This document shows, one piece after another, positions 7,967-17,471 of a stretch of 25,439 bases of DNA. Position 1 is the stretch's first letter; each line of letters opens with the position of its first letter. Below the pieces are notes generated by a model, which was not told the DNA's origin, made no database searches, and was given only the letters and a program-made list of their open reading frames with translations. This DNA is from a virus (Duplodnaviria; Caudoviricetes): the IMG/VR virus record IMGVR_UViG_3300021425_000172, positions 1 to 25,439 of that record, one strand, 5' to 3'. The translations under genes were made by a program, and so were the position numbers.

Positions 7967-8443
7967 ATGGCGAATTACATATATCCAGCACCAGGCGTCA
8001 CAGGAGTTGAAGCTACTCTTACACTAGAGATTGAAGCGGATGCAACTAATGACCAATTAGTGGTGCCAAGTTTACAGGACATTACTGTAAACGCAGCCAA
8101 TGACGTCTTTACATGGACGCAATTGGATGAAGGTTCTAAAAAGCAAGTTGCAACTACTGCAACTAACAGCCTTTCAATGAACCTTGTACTTGACCAAACT
8201 ACTTTCTTTGGTACAGCAGGCTCAGGATCTACTGCTTCAGCAGCAGGCGTCTTTGGCATGTCAACCCAAAAGGATCTAGTTAGTTTTGAACTCTACCTTG
8301 GGGATGAGTCAGACGGTAGCACAGGTAAGACAATAAGTGGCACAGGCTACATTACTGGTCTTGCTCCAACTGTTACTGCTGATGCACCAGTTTGGGTGTC
8401 ACCAATTACTATTACTGTAACAGGTGACTACACAGTAGCTTAA
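7967..8443 (+). CDS. Major tail tube protein
   Basis: 158 aa, Thr/Gly-rich beta protein; GTGYITGLAPTV...ITITVTG C-terminal pattern; followed by a terminator. Confidence 0.8.
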   Translation: MANYIYPAPGVTGVEATLTLEIEADATNDQLVVPSLQDITVNAANDVFTWTQLDEGSKKQVATTATNSLSMNLVLDQTTFFGTAGSGSTASAAGVFGMSTQKDLVSFELYLGDESDGSTGKTISGTGYITGLAPTVTADAPVWVSPITITVTGDYTVA

Positions 8444-8473
8444 CACTCAAGAGCTTGAGGGCGTAAGACGGGA

Positions 8474-8502
8474 AGAGGGGCTTTTGCGGCCCCTTTTTCT
8501 TT
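8474..8502 (+). terminator. Rho-independent terminator after the tail tube gene
   Basis: AGGGGCT-TTTGC-GGCCCCT followed by TTTTCTTT. Confidence 0.85.
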
Positions 8503-8508
8503 GATAAG

Positions 8509-8515
8509 ATAAATA
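8509..8515 (+). promoter_or_regulatory. T4-type late promoter motif ATAAATA
   Basis: Directly after the terminator and ahead of the tail-assembly operon. Confidence 0.65.
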
Positions 8516-8533
8516 TAATTGAAGGATAGATTT

Positions 8534-8707
8534 ATGGATATTATAGATTCAAAGACAGATGAAGAGATTATTCGCAGTATCATTGCAGAAGTTGCAAAAG
8601 CAAACAATGAATTGAACTGCGCACAAAATGATATTAAGAAAGCAAGAAATAGACTTGCATTTCTTATCATGCTAACAAATAAACTGATTGACAGACAAGG
8701 AGATTAA
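8534..8707 (+). CDS. Hypothetical coiled-coil protein (57 aa)
   Basis: AAGGA at 8522-8526 supports ATG8534 rather than TTG8519. Confidence 0.75.
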   Translation: MDIIDSKTDEEIIRSIIAEVAKANNELNCAQNDIKKARNRLAFLIMLTNKLIDRQGD

Positions 8708-8710
8708 CAG

Positions 8711-9034
8711 ATGAAACTACAACAATTAGCAAGCAAACCCCAATTAGTCAAAATTGTACTTGACGACGAAGCAACAATTAAACAATACGAAGAACCAATT
8801 GAGTTTTACGTACATGACCGTCAAGACATGGAGACTTTTCTTAAATTAGCAACACTAGAAGGTAATAATGACATCAGCAAAATTGCTGATATTGTCAAAG
8901 ATCTAGTTATGGATGAAAAAGGTAAAAAAATTATGCAGGATGGTGTGTTGTTACCACCTGAAGTAATTGTAAAGGTTGTAGAAAAAACAATTAATAACTT
9001 GGGAAACCAGGTAGCCCAGACTGGAGCGAAATAA
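8711..9034 (+). CDS. Tail assembly chaperone (lambda gpG-like)
   Basis: Between tail tube and tape measure genes; slippery heptamer G GGA AAC at 9001-9007 near its end. Confidence 0.8.
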   Translation: MKLQQLASKPQLVKIVLDDEATIKQYEEPIEFYVHDRQDMETFLKLATLEGNNDISKIADIVKDLVMDEKGKKIMQDGVLLPPEVIVKVVEKTINNLGNQVAQTGAK

Positions 9035-9288
9035 CACCAGAACAAAACGCTTGGATAACATTAGATTTTGTTGCCAAGCGTTATGGTAAATTACCAAGTG
9101 AAGTTCTTAGTTTGGGCAGTAGCATAGATATTAATTGTGCTATTATGAGTGTAGGGTATGAAAATTACCTAAATGAAAAGCACAAAAATGATGGTGGTAA
9201 GCCATCTCATAAATATAGTACAGAACAATTACAATCTATGATTGACAATGTAAGAAAGAGGGCAGCCAATGGCAGTGAAAATCAGTAA
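9001..9288 (+). CDS. -1 frameshift extension of the tail chaperone (gpGT-like, ~192-aa fusion); absent from the ORF track
   Basis: The -1 frame is open from GGGAAAC to TAA 9286-9288 (PGSPDWSEITPEQNAWITLDFVAKRYGKLPSEVL...) and fills the apparent gap. Confidence 0.8.
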   Translation, partial: GKPGSPDWSEITPEQNAWITLDFVAKRYGKLPSEVLSLGSSIDINCAIMSVGYENYLNEKHKNDGGKPSHKYSTEQLQSMIDNVRKRAANGSENQ

Positions 9289-9556
9289 AAATACGATGGG
9301 GCCAAGTATAGGTAAGATTGTTGCAAGGTTTGACAAATTGCCAAAAGAAGCATATGACTATTGGAAGAAAATTACTCCAAGAGATACTGGCAATGCAAAA
9401 CGTAGAACTAGATTACAAGGGCGTAAAATTAAAGCCAATTACAATTATGCTGTACCTCTAGACAAAGGTTGGAGTAAACAAGCGCCTAGAGGCATGAGCG
9501 AGCCAACTGACAAATATATTAGGCAACGCATAAAGCGTAGTATACTGAGGAAATAA
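9269..9556 (+). CDS. HK97 gp10-like tail completion/neck protein
   Basis: TPRDTGNAKR and YAVPLDKG.S.QAP.GM motifs; basic, 95 aa. Confidence 0.7.
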   Translation: MAVKISKNTMGPSIGKIVARFDKLPKEAYDYWKKITPRDTGNAKRRTRLQGRKIKANYNYAVPLDKGWSKQAPRGMSEPTDKYIRQRIKRSILRK

Positions 9557-9558
9557 GT

Positions 9559-11892
9559 ATGGCAGATTTAACATATACAGTTGATGTAAACACCGCAGGC
9601 GCCCAGCGAGCATTAAGCGGATTAAAATCTAGTATAGGAGGTATTGCATCAGCATTTGCAGGTGCATTTGCATTGACAGAAATAGCAAATGTATCAGCTA
9701 GATTTGAAGATCTTAGAACTACACTTGGTGTTTTATATAAAGATGTAGAAACAGGTGCACAAGCATTTGATCAAATCAAACAATTTGCCACAGAAAGTGT
9801 CTTTAGTGTAGAAGATTTAACCGCTACTGTTGTAAAATTAAAAGCAGCAGGTTTAGAACCTACTATAGACCAATTACGTTTATTTGCTGACGTATCTAGT
9901 GTTAGTGCTGATAGTGTAGGTGCATTACAAGCTATTACAGACTTATTTGCAAGAACTACAGAAGGTGGTTTAGGACTTGAAGACCTAAACAGACTTGCTG
10001 ATAGAGGTATTCCTGTCTTTAAAATCTTAGGTGATAGATTAGGCATATCAAGATTAGAAATATCAAAATTAGGACAAACTGCAGAAGGTGCTCAAGCTAT
10101 ATTAGCAGCACTTACAGAAGGATTAAGTGAAACATTTGATGGCACTAGTGCTGCAAGGGCAGGTAATTTAAGTCAAGCATTTAGTAACCTACAAGATGCA
10201 ATAGCAAATGCTGCTGATGCAATAGGTGAAGGCGGGTTTAATGATGCATTAACTGATGCAATAAACGGTGTTACAACATTTATAGGAAAAAATGAAGCAC
10301 TTATAAAAACTATTGGTGAAGCATTAGGTATTGCAATAAGATTTGCAGCAGATAATTTAAAATATCTTGCAGCTTTAATGGCAGGTGTATTTTCAGCAGC
10401 AGCAGCTGGTAGAATTATTGCTGTTGTAGGTGCTGTTGTACAACTTGCAAAAGGTTTTAGAGACGCCGCAATAGCAGGTACTTTATTACAAGGTGTTACT
10501 GGTATTGGTCTAGCAAAAGTTGCTGCAGGTGTTGCTGCCGCTTTAGGAACTGTAGCACTTATTGAAGAAGCAACAGGTGATGCTAGTGCTAATATTGATC
10601 AATTAAGACGTGATGCAGAAGCTCTTTCAGATGGCCCATTAATTGGTCCACTAACTGCACCTGAAGTACCAGAAATAACTACTGGTGATTCACAATCTCA
10701 ATTACAAATTATAAAAGATCAACAAGATGCAATAACAAGAAGTGCTATTAATTATTTTGATACATATAGAAATGGTGTAAATGATCTTATAAATGCAGTT
10801 GAACAAGAAAGTCAACTTCTTCAATTAACTGAAGAACAAGCCAATGTACAAAAAGGTTTAAATAATTTTTCTCAGCAATATTATAACACTGTACGTCCTT
10901 TACAACAAAAATTAACAGAATTAAAATTAAAAGACACAGATGAAGCTAGAACACAAGCTGCTGAAATAGAACGTCAAATTGGTTTAATTACTGATCTATA
11001 TAATACTAGTAGTGATAGATTAAGAGAGACACTTGAATTACGTGAATTAAATCGTCTTGCAGAAGAAAAATCATTATTACTAACAGAAACAAGATTAAAT
11101 CTAGAATCTGATTTGAATGATTTAGTCAGACAATCGTCAAGAGAATTACGTGATTTATCTTTATCACCTTTAGAACGTGATTTACAACAAATTAATTACG
11201 AAGTTGAAAACACATTAATGGCAAGTATTAATCGCCTTAAACAATCTTGGCGCAATGGCGTATTAACTACTGATGAATATATTGCAGGTATTAAAGCATT
11301 AGAAGAACAAGCTAAACAAGCGGAAGACACATTAAGAGAAAATGCTCTTAAAACACGTGAAACACAACGCTCATTTGCATATGGTTGGAAAGAAGCATTT
11401 GAAAGTTATGCAGAAGATGCAACTAATGCAGCTAAAGCCGCAGAACGTATTTTTGAAAAAACTACCAAAGGCATGGAAGATGCTATTGTAAACTTTGCCA
11501 AGACTGGTAAGTTTGAATTTAAGAGTTTAGTTAATAGTATCTTAGAAGAATTGTTACGCAGTCAAATACAACAACTATTTGCAGATATATTTGGTGTATT
11601 TGGAAGTGGTGGCAGAGGTTCAGGTGGATCTAACTTCTTTAGTGATCTATTTGCAGGCTTCTTTGCAAGTGGCGGATTGATTCCATCAGGTAAGTTTGGT
11701 GTTGTAGGTGAAAATGGTCCTGAACTAGTAAGTGGTCCTGCTCAAGTTACACCAATGACAGGCGGTACTGCTGTTACATATAATATTAATGCTGTTGATG
11801 CAAGTAGTTTCAAATCAATGGTGGCAAGAGATCCAGGATTTATTCACGCAGTGGCACAACAAGGTGCTCGCAAGGTACCAGTAAGGAGATAA
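9559..11892 (+). CDS. Tail tape measure protein
   Basis: 777 aa, Ala-rich helical; EDLNRLADRGIP tape-measure motif; C-terminal FASGG...GVVGENGPELV. Confidence 0.93.
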   Translation: MADLTYTVDVNTAGAQRALSGLKSSIGGIASAFAGAFALTEIANVSARFEDLRTTLGVLYKDVETGAQAFDQIKQFATESVFSVEDLTATVVKLKAAGLEPTIDQLRLFADVSSVSADSVGALQAITDLFARTTEGGLGLEDLNRLADRGIPVFKILGDRLGISRLEISKLGQTAEGAQAILAALTEGLSETFDGTSAARAGNLSQAFSNLQDAIANAADAIGEGGFNDALTDAINGVTTFIGKNEALIKTIGEALGIAIRFAADNLKYLAALMAGVFSAAAAGRIIAVVGAVVQLAKGFRDAAIAGTLLQGVTGIGLAKVAAGVAAALGTVALIEEATGDASANIDQLRRDAEALSDGPLIGPLTAPEVPEITTGDSQSQLQIIKDQQDAITRSAINYFDTYRNGVNDLINAVEQESQLLQLTEEQANVQKGLNNFSQQYYNTVRPLQQKLTELKLKDTDEARTQAAEIERQIGLITDLYNTSSDRLRETLELRELNRLAEEKSLLLTETRLNLESDLNDLVRQSSRELRDLSLSPLERDLQQINYEVENTLMASINRLKQSWRNGVLTTDEYIAGIKALEEQAKQAEDTLRENALKTRETQRSFAYGWKEAFESYAEDATNAAKAAERIFEKTTKGMEDAIVNFAKTGKFEFKSLVNSILEELLRSQIQQLFADIFGVFGSGGRGSGGSNFFSDLFAGFFASGGLIPSGKFGVVGENGPELVSGPAQVTPMTGGTAVTYNINAVDASSFKSMVARDPGFIHAVAQQGARKVPVRR

Positions 11893-11898
11893 ACAGAT

Positions 11899-12279
11899 AT
11901 GAGTTTTCAATGGGTATTTGATAACGCAACAGATTTAAGTATTAACAGATTAGATACAGTTGCCAGCACACAAGCAAGAGATGGTACTATAAAAGCAACC
12001 AGTAGAGGTACACCTAAAAAGATCTTTACTGTTACACTACCAGACGGTCCTAAATGGAGTGATAATATTTCAAACATAGAAGCAATTGAAGCATTAGATC
12101 GTCATACAACAGATAATATTACAATAGATTATGCAGTACATGATTGGTATTATAATTTTACAGATCCAGGCGTAGATGAAGAAGCATATACAGTTATTTG
12201 TATAAGTTTTCCGCAATGGAAAGTATTTGGTTATGATCAAATCAGTTGGGATGGCCCATTTGTATTTGTGGAGGTATAA
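11899..12279 (+). CDS. Putative distal tail protein
   Basis: 126 aa, first gene after the tape measure gene; synteny. Confidence 0.55.
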   Translation: MSFQWVFDNATDLSINRLDTVASTQARDGTIKATSRGTPKKIFTVTLPDGPKWSDNISNIEAIEALDRHTTDNITIDYAVHDWYYNFTDPGVDEEAYTVICISFPQWKVFGYDQISWDGPFVFVEV

Positions 12280-12876
12280 ATGGCGAATTTAGACGCATAT
12301 ACCAGCGTAAGAACTGCACTATTTGTAAGAATAGATGTAAATGAATATAGAACTACTAGTTCAGGATCATTTGCACCACAAATTCTAACATTTAGTGATT
12401 ATGATACTACGTTTAATATCAATGGTTATGATTATACACCACTTGGCGAGTTTCTAACTATTACGCCAACCACAAGTGAATTACGTCCAAGTTCAAATAG
12501 TATATCTATTAGTATAAGTGGTGTTCCAACAGATAATGTTGCTGAAGTTTTATACAGCAAAATTAAAGGAAGCCCAATAAAAATATATCGTGGTTATTTT
12601 GATGTAAGCACAGGCACGCAAATTGGTAGCACAGAAGGTAGATTCTTTGGTAGTATAAACAATTTTAGTATTTTGGATGAATTAGATGTTACGGCTAGAT
12701 TCAGCACAAATATTATTGAATTTGAATGTGCTAGTTCAGTAGATACACTAGCACAAAAATTAACAGGTAGAAAAACCAATCCACAAAGCCAACAAAGATT
12801 TTATCCAAATGATTTATCAATGAATAGAGTGCCAACACTTAAAGGTACAAAGTTTAAATTTGGAGCGCAAGAATGA
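12280..12876 (+). CDS. Putative minor tail/baseplate hub protein
   Basis: ISISGV, IKGSPIKIYRGYFD, RFFG.I, GRKTN..SQ.RFYPND pattern of tail-tip hub proteins; synteny. Confidence 0.6.
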   Translation: MANLDAYTSVRTALFVRIDVNEYRTTSSGSFAPQILTFSDYDTTFNINGYDYTPLGEFLTITPTTSELRPSSNSISISISGVPTDNVAEVLYSKIKGSPIKIYRGYFDVSTGTQIGSTEGRFFGSINNFSILDELDVTARFSTNIIEFECASSVDTLAQKLTGRKTNPQSQQRFYPNDLSMNRVPTLKGTKFKFGAQE

Positions 12877-13625
12877 GTTTTATAGATACATTAGGCGGAT
12901 TAGCAAAAAGCGCATATGGATTTCTAAGTGGCAAAGGTATTGCCAATAGTTTAGCAAGAACTGCTATATTAGGTTATGCATTGAATAGAACAATAAGCAA
13001 TGCCAACAAAGCAAATGAACAACCTGATCCTGGTACAGAAGTTCTTATTGATCCAGACACAGAATATAAAATACCTGTAGTATATGGTAGTGCATATATT
13101 ACTGGTAAAATTACAGATGCTGTAATGGCAGATAACAACACTACAATGTGGTTATGTCTTACCCTTTGTGAAAAGACTGGTAAACTAATTGATGATACAC
13201 AAAGTGTTATAAGTTTTGATGAAGTTTATTTTAATAATTTTAGATTAAGTTTTGGTAGTAATGGTTATAGTGTAGATTATATTTGGGATGATAGCAATAA
13301 TAATTCTGATGTATGGGCAAATCAAATAGAAGTATATCCATTTAATGGTGGTTCTACAAGTCCTGTATATTTTACTAATGAAACTACAGGTAACACACAA
13401 AATGCATATGATATTATGCCAGGTTGGACCAGTAATCATACAATGGATAATTTAGTATTTTGTATTGTAAGAATCAATTACAATAAATTTAAGAAACTTA
13501 CTAATATTGGTGAAATGAAATTTAAACTTACCAATACAATGAGTCAACCAGGTGATGTGTTGTGGGATTATATGACTAATACACGTTATGGTGCAGGTAT
13601 AAGTCAGGAGATCTACAAACAATGA
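12873..13625 (+). CDS. Tail tip/central fibre protein, N-terminal part (gpJ-like)
   Basis: IPVVYG motif and PGDVLWDYMTNTRYGAGI motif at the very C-terminus. Confidence 0.65.
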   Translation: MSFIDTLGGLAKSAYGFLSGKGIANSLARTAILGYALNRTISNANKANEQPDPGTEVLIDPDTEYKIPVVYGSAYITGKITDAVMADNNTTMWLCLTLCEKTGKLIDDTQSVISFDEVYFNNFRLSFGSNGYSVDYIWDDSNNNSDVWANQIEVYPFNGGSTSPVYFTNETTGNTQNAYDIMPGWTSNHTMDNLVFCIVRINYNKFKKLTNIGEMKFKLTNTMSQPGDVLWDYMTNTRYGAGISQEIYKQ

Positions 13626-15442
13626 GCAGCTTACAAGATCTAAACACCTATTCAACAAATACAATTACTTTTACTGATAACCGTCCTAGTAGTGTTATAT
13701 TAAGTTATCCAACTGCTAGAGATGTTAATCGTGTTATAACTACTAAAACAATAACATTACAAAGAAAAATTGATATTGTAGAAATAATAAAACCTAATCT
13801 TGCACTAGTACAATTTATAGTTACTGTACCTGTTATAGGTCATACAATAGACTTTGGTACTTTACCTAGTGGAGTAACATTAACAACTGTAGATAACACA
13901 CATACAATTAGTGGTATAGATAGTGTGAGTGATTGGGACGCAATAAAAGCACCAACTATAACATTACCAAATGATTTCTTTGGTAATTTCTTTTGTACAG
14001 CTATAATAAAATATTATGATAACCAAGCAATTCAATATGTAGAAGTAGAATGGCAAGATGGTATTGATGCACCACAAGTGTTAATGGAACCTTCAATTTC
14101 AATAAGTGTTACACCTGATGTTATTTGGGGTGGTGAATCTATACTGCAATCTTCGTTTACTATAATTACAGGACTTAAAGATATTTTCTTAGTAAGTACA
14201 GGTAGTATTAGTATTGATAGTAGAATAGATTGGGTATCATTGGCTGCAAATTTACCTGCTATAGCAAGTATAGATGCAGAATTAAGTGTAACACCTGATT
14301 TAGAACCAGTGTTAAGTATAAGCAATCCAAATAATAATACAACAGATATAAATGATGATTTTGGATTAATGGGAATTACAGCAGACAGCGATTATATTGT
14401 TGTAGGTGCCCGTCTTGAAGATGATAATAGTACAGGTGACGCAGGTATTGCATATGTATTCAGTGCAACAAATGGTAGTTTAGTTTACACATTAGAAAAT
14501 CCACAAGCAACAACTGCAGATTATTTTGGTTTTAATGTTGCACTAACATCAAATTATATTGTTGTAAGTGCTAACCAAGAAGAAGGTGCAGATGGCAATG
14601 ATGGTGCAATTTATATCTATGCTAAATCAGATGGATTATTAGATCATACAATTGAATCTCCAGCAGCATCAGGTAATTCATATTTTGGTACACATTTAGC
14701 AACTATAGATTATGCTAATGATAAAGTTGCTGTTTCACAACCAATTCAAGACAAAGTATATTATGATGTAGATTGTAGTACAGGATCATTAAATGCAGGT
14801 AGTGTAATTACAGAAAGTGGTATCTTTGATCCTAGTATTCCAAATCCATATAATGTATTTGATGCACATGGAGGTTGGTTTATTGCAGGAGAACCACAAA
14901 ATTATCAAGTTAATATTTGGCAAGGTGGTACTAAACAGTATACACTTAGTGAAACAGATACAGCAACAGATAGCTTAGGTAGATTTGGTGGTGCAGTTGC
15001 AATCAGTGATAGTTATTATGCTATTGCAGGTTATAGTACAAATAATGGCGATGGTAGAGTATGGGTTGGACAACTTAGTGATGGTGCAATATTAGGTGAA
15101 ATAGATTGTCCTGTAGGAATTGGATCACCTCCGTCTGATGGAAAAGAAAGATTTGGTTTTGATATAGAATTAACTGATGATTATTTGATGATAACTGTTG
15201 AATCAATAGTAAAATCAGATATTGAAGGTAGAGTATGGATATATGATCCAGCAACTCAAGCAGCTATTCCAGAGAAAAAAGTATATCCACCAGATTCATT
15301 AATTACACCTGAAGGTGAAAGCGGAGATATTCCAATATTTGCACAATATATTGGTACTGACAAACAAGATCGTGTTATTGCACGTGGTAAAGATTATGAA
15401 GGTAATCAATACGTATACGTATATGATTTAGGTATAGCTTAA
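13622..15442 (+). CDS. Virion protein with a C-terminal FG-GAP-like beta-propeller (606 aa)
   Basis: Repeated blades DDFG..IVVGA..AGIAYVF, DYFG..IVVSA..GAIYIY, RFGGAVAI..GRVWV, RFGFDI..GRVWIY. Confidence 0.75.
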   Translation: MSSLQDLNTYSTNTITFTDNRPSSVILSYPTARDVNRVITTKTITLQRKIDIVEIIKPNLALVQFIVTVPVIGHTIDFGTLPSGVTLTTVDNTHTISGIDSVSDWDAIKAPTITLPNDFFGNFFCTAIIKYYDNQAIQYVEVEWQDGIDAPQVLMEPSISISVTPDVIWGGESILQSSFTIITGLKDIFLVSTGSISIDSRIDWVSLAANLPAIASIDAELSVTPDLEPVLSISNPNNNTTDINDDFGLMGITADSDYIVVGARLEDDNSTGDAGIAYVFSATNGSLVYTLENPQATTADYFGFNVALTSNYIVVSANQEEGADGNDGAIYIYAKSDGLLDHTIESPAASGNSYFGTHLATIDYANDKVAVSQPIQDKVYYDVDCSTGSLNAGSVITESGIFDPSIPNPYNVFDAHGGWFIAGEPQNYQVNIWQGGTKQYTLSETDTATDSLGRFGGAVAISDSYYAIAGYSTNNGDGRVWVGQLSDGAILGEIDCPVGIGSPPSDGKERFGFDIELTDDYLMITVESIVKSDIEGRVWIYDPATQAAIPEKKVYPPDSLITPEGESGDIPIFAQYIGTDKQDRVIARGKDYEGNQYVYVYDLGIA

Positions 15443-15452
15443 GGATTAACAG

Positions 15453-17327
15453 ATGGCAGATAGAACACAATTTGAAATTAATGGCGTAATAGATACAAAC
15501 AACAGTGTGTTAGATAATCTTAATGCATTAGCAAATGCTGCTGGATGTTTTCTTACATGGGATCCAAATGAAGGTAGATGGATTGTTATATTAAACACAA
15601 CTACTGGTAGTATAAAATCATTTGATGATTCAAATATACTTGGTGATATAAATGTTAGCGGTAGTGGATTAACAGAACTTTATAATGCAGTTAGTGCAAA
15701 ATTTCCAAATAAAGATACAAGAGATACAACTGATGTTGTAGAATTAACAACACCTGATGCAGATAGATTTGAAGAAGAAATTGATAACACATTAGAAATA
15801 ACTTTACCATATACAAATGATCCTGTGCAAGCACAATATATTGCAGCAAGAGAATTAAAACAAAGCCGTTTAGATCTAATCATTGAATTTGCTACAAATT
15901 TTGAAGCAAACACACTTAAAGCAGGTGATGTTATTGATGTAACAAATGTAGGTTTAGAATTTACCAACAAATTATTTCGTGTTATACAAGTAGAAGAAAC
16001 AGATGAAGATGATGGTAATTTAATATTTAATATACTTGCACAAGAATATGATGAAGATATCTATACTGTAAATGATTTAGAATATGATTATCGTAGTAAT
16101 TTTACTGGAATTAAATCAGTAGTATTCAATGAAGAAATAGCAGCTAATGATGACATTGATTTTGGTAATCAAATGGCACGACTACTTGCTGCAAACTTAG
16201 GTGTTGGTTTATTAAGAAGTTTCTTTACAAGTGATCCTGATACTGGTGAAGTATTAACTCAAGGTATAGAATTTGCAAATCAAGATAATCAAGAATTATT
16301 AGAAGCAGGTGCTAAAAAACCTGATTTATCTCATACACTTACTGATTCACAAATATGTTCTGGTTTTGAAGTTAGTGTTGATTTAGATTGGGCAACAGAT
16401 TGTGATGTTTGTCTGTTAAACACACCTAGTTATACATATGATTATACTATTACAGGAGCAACAGCAAGCGAAGTTAATGTTGATTTAGAAGGTACAGTTA
16501 CTTTAACTGAAAAAACAGGATCATTTTCATTTATTCCAACAGTAACAGAACCAAAAACTATTACTGTTACAATTGGTAATGATAGTACAGCTATTGATGT
16601 TTCACCAGCTCCTGAAATTTATGCATCAAATGTAGTTGCAAGTAGTACAACTATTACAGAAGGTGATACAATTACGAGTGTAACTGTAACAACTGTAGGT
16701 GTTGATAATGGTGATACTATTGATTATACTATATCAGGTAGTGCTTCATCAAAAGTAAGTTCTCCAGCTTTAACTGGTACAGTAACTATTAATTCAAATA
16801 CAGGTACCTTAGGTCCAATTATTACAACTGATAATAGTGCATATAATGAAGAAGAAGAATTAATTATAACATTTACATATCCAGATGAACCAATAGATTA
16901 TGGTTGTGGATTAGGTGTTAACAGTGTAACAATTATTGTTGAAAATAATGACACAACAGGTCCTATTACACCAGATATTCCTAAACCTGGTGATTATGAT
17001 TGTGAATATGTACAAGTACCTATTATATGGTGTGGTACATTTGATCCTGATACACAATATATTAAAGATATTGAAGTAAAGAAATATGCATACTTGCCAG
17101 TAGCACAAGCACCTATAAGAGCAACAGCAGTACCAACAGCAGTTACAATTACCAATCCAGGTACAGCAAGTGCTGCAATTAGTATTACAACAACTACAGA
17201 CATTGATACTTTTAGTACAGGTATTGGTGGTGCATCAATTAATGTTATTACTAGTTTTAATACACCGCCATCAGGAGGTGATACAATGATAACAGGTACT
17301 ACTACTACATTCTTTGGTTACTGGTAA
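15453..17327 (+). CDS. Tail tip protein, C-terminal part (phage tail hub domain plus Ig-like domains)
   Basis: FEINGVIDT, L.AGDVIDVT...KLFRVIQVEE...AQEYDEDIY; Thr-rich Ig/Calx-like region (TITEGDTI). Confidence 0.7.
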   Translation: MADRTQFEINGVIDTNNSVLDNLNALANAAGCFLTWDPNEGRWIVILNTTTGSIKSFDDSNILGDINVSGSGLTELYNAVSAKFPNKDTRDTTDVVELTTPDADRFEEEIDNTLEITLPYTNDPVQAQYIAARELKQSRLDLIIEFATNFEANTLKAGDVIDVTNVGLEFTNKLFRVIQVEETDEDDGNLIFNILAQEYDEDIYTVNDLEYDYRSNFTGIKSVVFNEEIAANDDIDFGNQMARLLAANLGVGLLRSFFTSDPDTGEVLTQGIEFANQDNQELLEAGAKKPDLSHTLTDSQICSGFEVSVDLDWATDCDVCLLNTPSYTYDYTITGATASEVNVDLEGTVTLTEKTGSFSFIPTVTEPKTITVTIGNDSTAIDVSPAPEIYASNVVASSTTITEGDTITSVTVTTVGVDNGDTIDYTISGSASSKVSSPALTGTVTINSNTGTLGPIITTDNSAYNEEEELIITFTYPDEPIDYGCGLGVNSVTIIVENNDTTGPITPDIPKPGDYDCEYVQVPIIWCGTFDPDTQYIKDIEVKKYAYLPVAQAPIRATAVPTAVTITNPGTASAAISITTTTDIDTFSTGIGGASINVITSFNTPPSGGDTMITGTTTTFFGYW

Positions 17328-17330
17328 AAC

Positions 17331-17377
17331 TTTTTTGAACTTTTTTTGACTTTTTTCAGCTTTTTTTCATGATTTTT
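17331..17377. repeat. Five helically phased T-tracts
   Basis: T6, T7, T6, T7 and T5 starting at 17331, 17341, 17351, 17361 and 17373. Confidence 0.8.
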
Positions 17378-17387
17378 GAAGATTGGA

Positions 17388-17394
17388 CTAAATA
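17388..17394 (+). promoter_or_regulatory. Late promoter variant CTAAATA
   Basis: Intergenic, at the start of the fibre operon. Confidence 0.55.
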
Positions 17395-17471
17395 CATACA
17401 AGCAGACAATCATACTTGGTTGTCTGTTTCGTCAAACAAGCAGACAACATATATTATACAAGGAGATTATT

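Noticed and set aside
17376-17471. TTG-start N-terminal extension of the 17472 gene
   Set aside because: It runs through the promoter box and structured leader; the AAGGAG RBS points to ATG17472.
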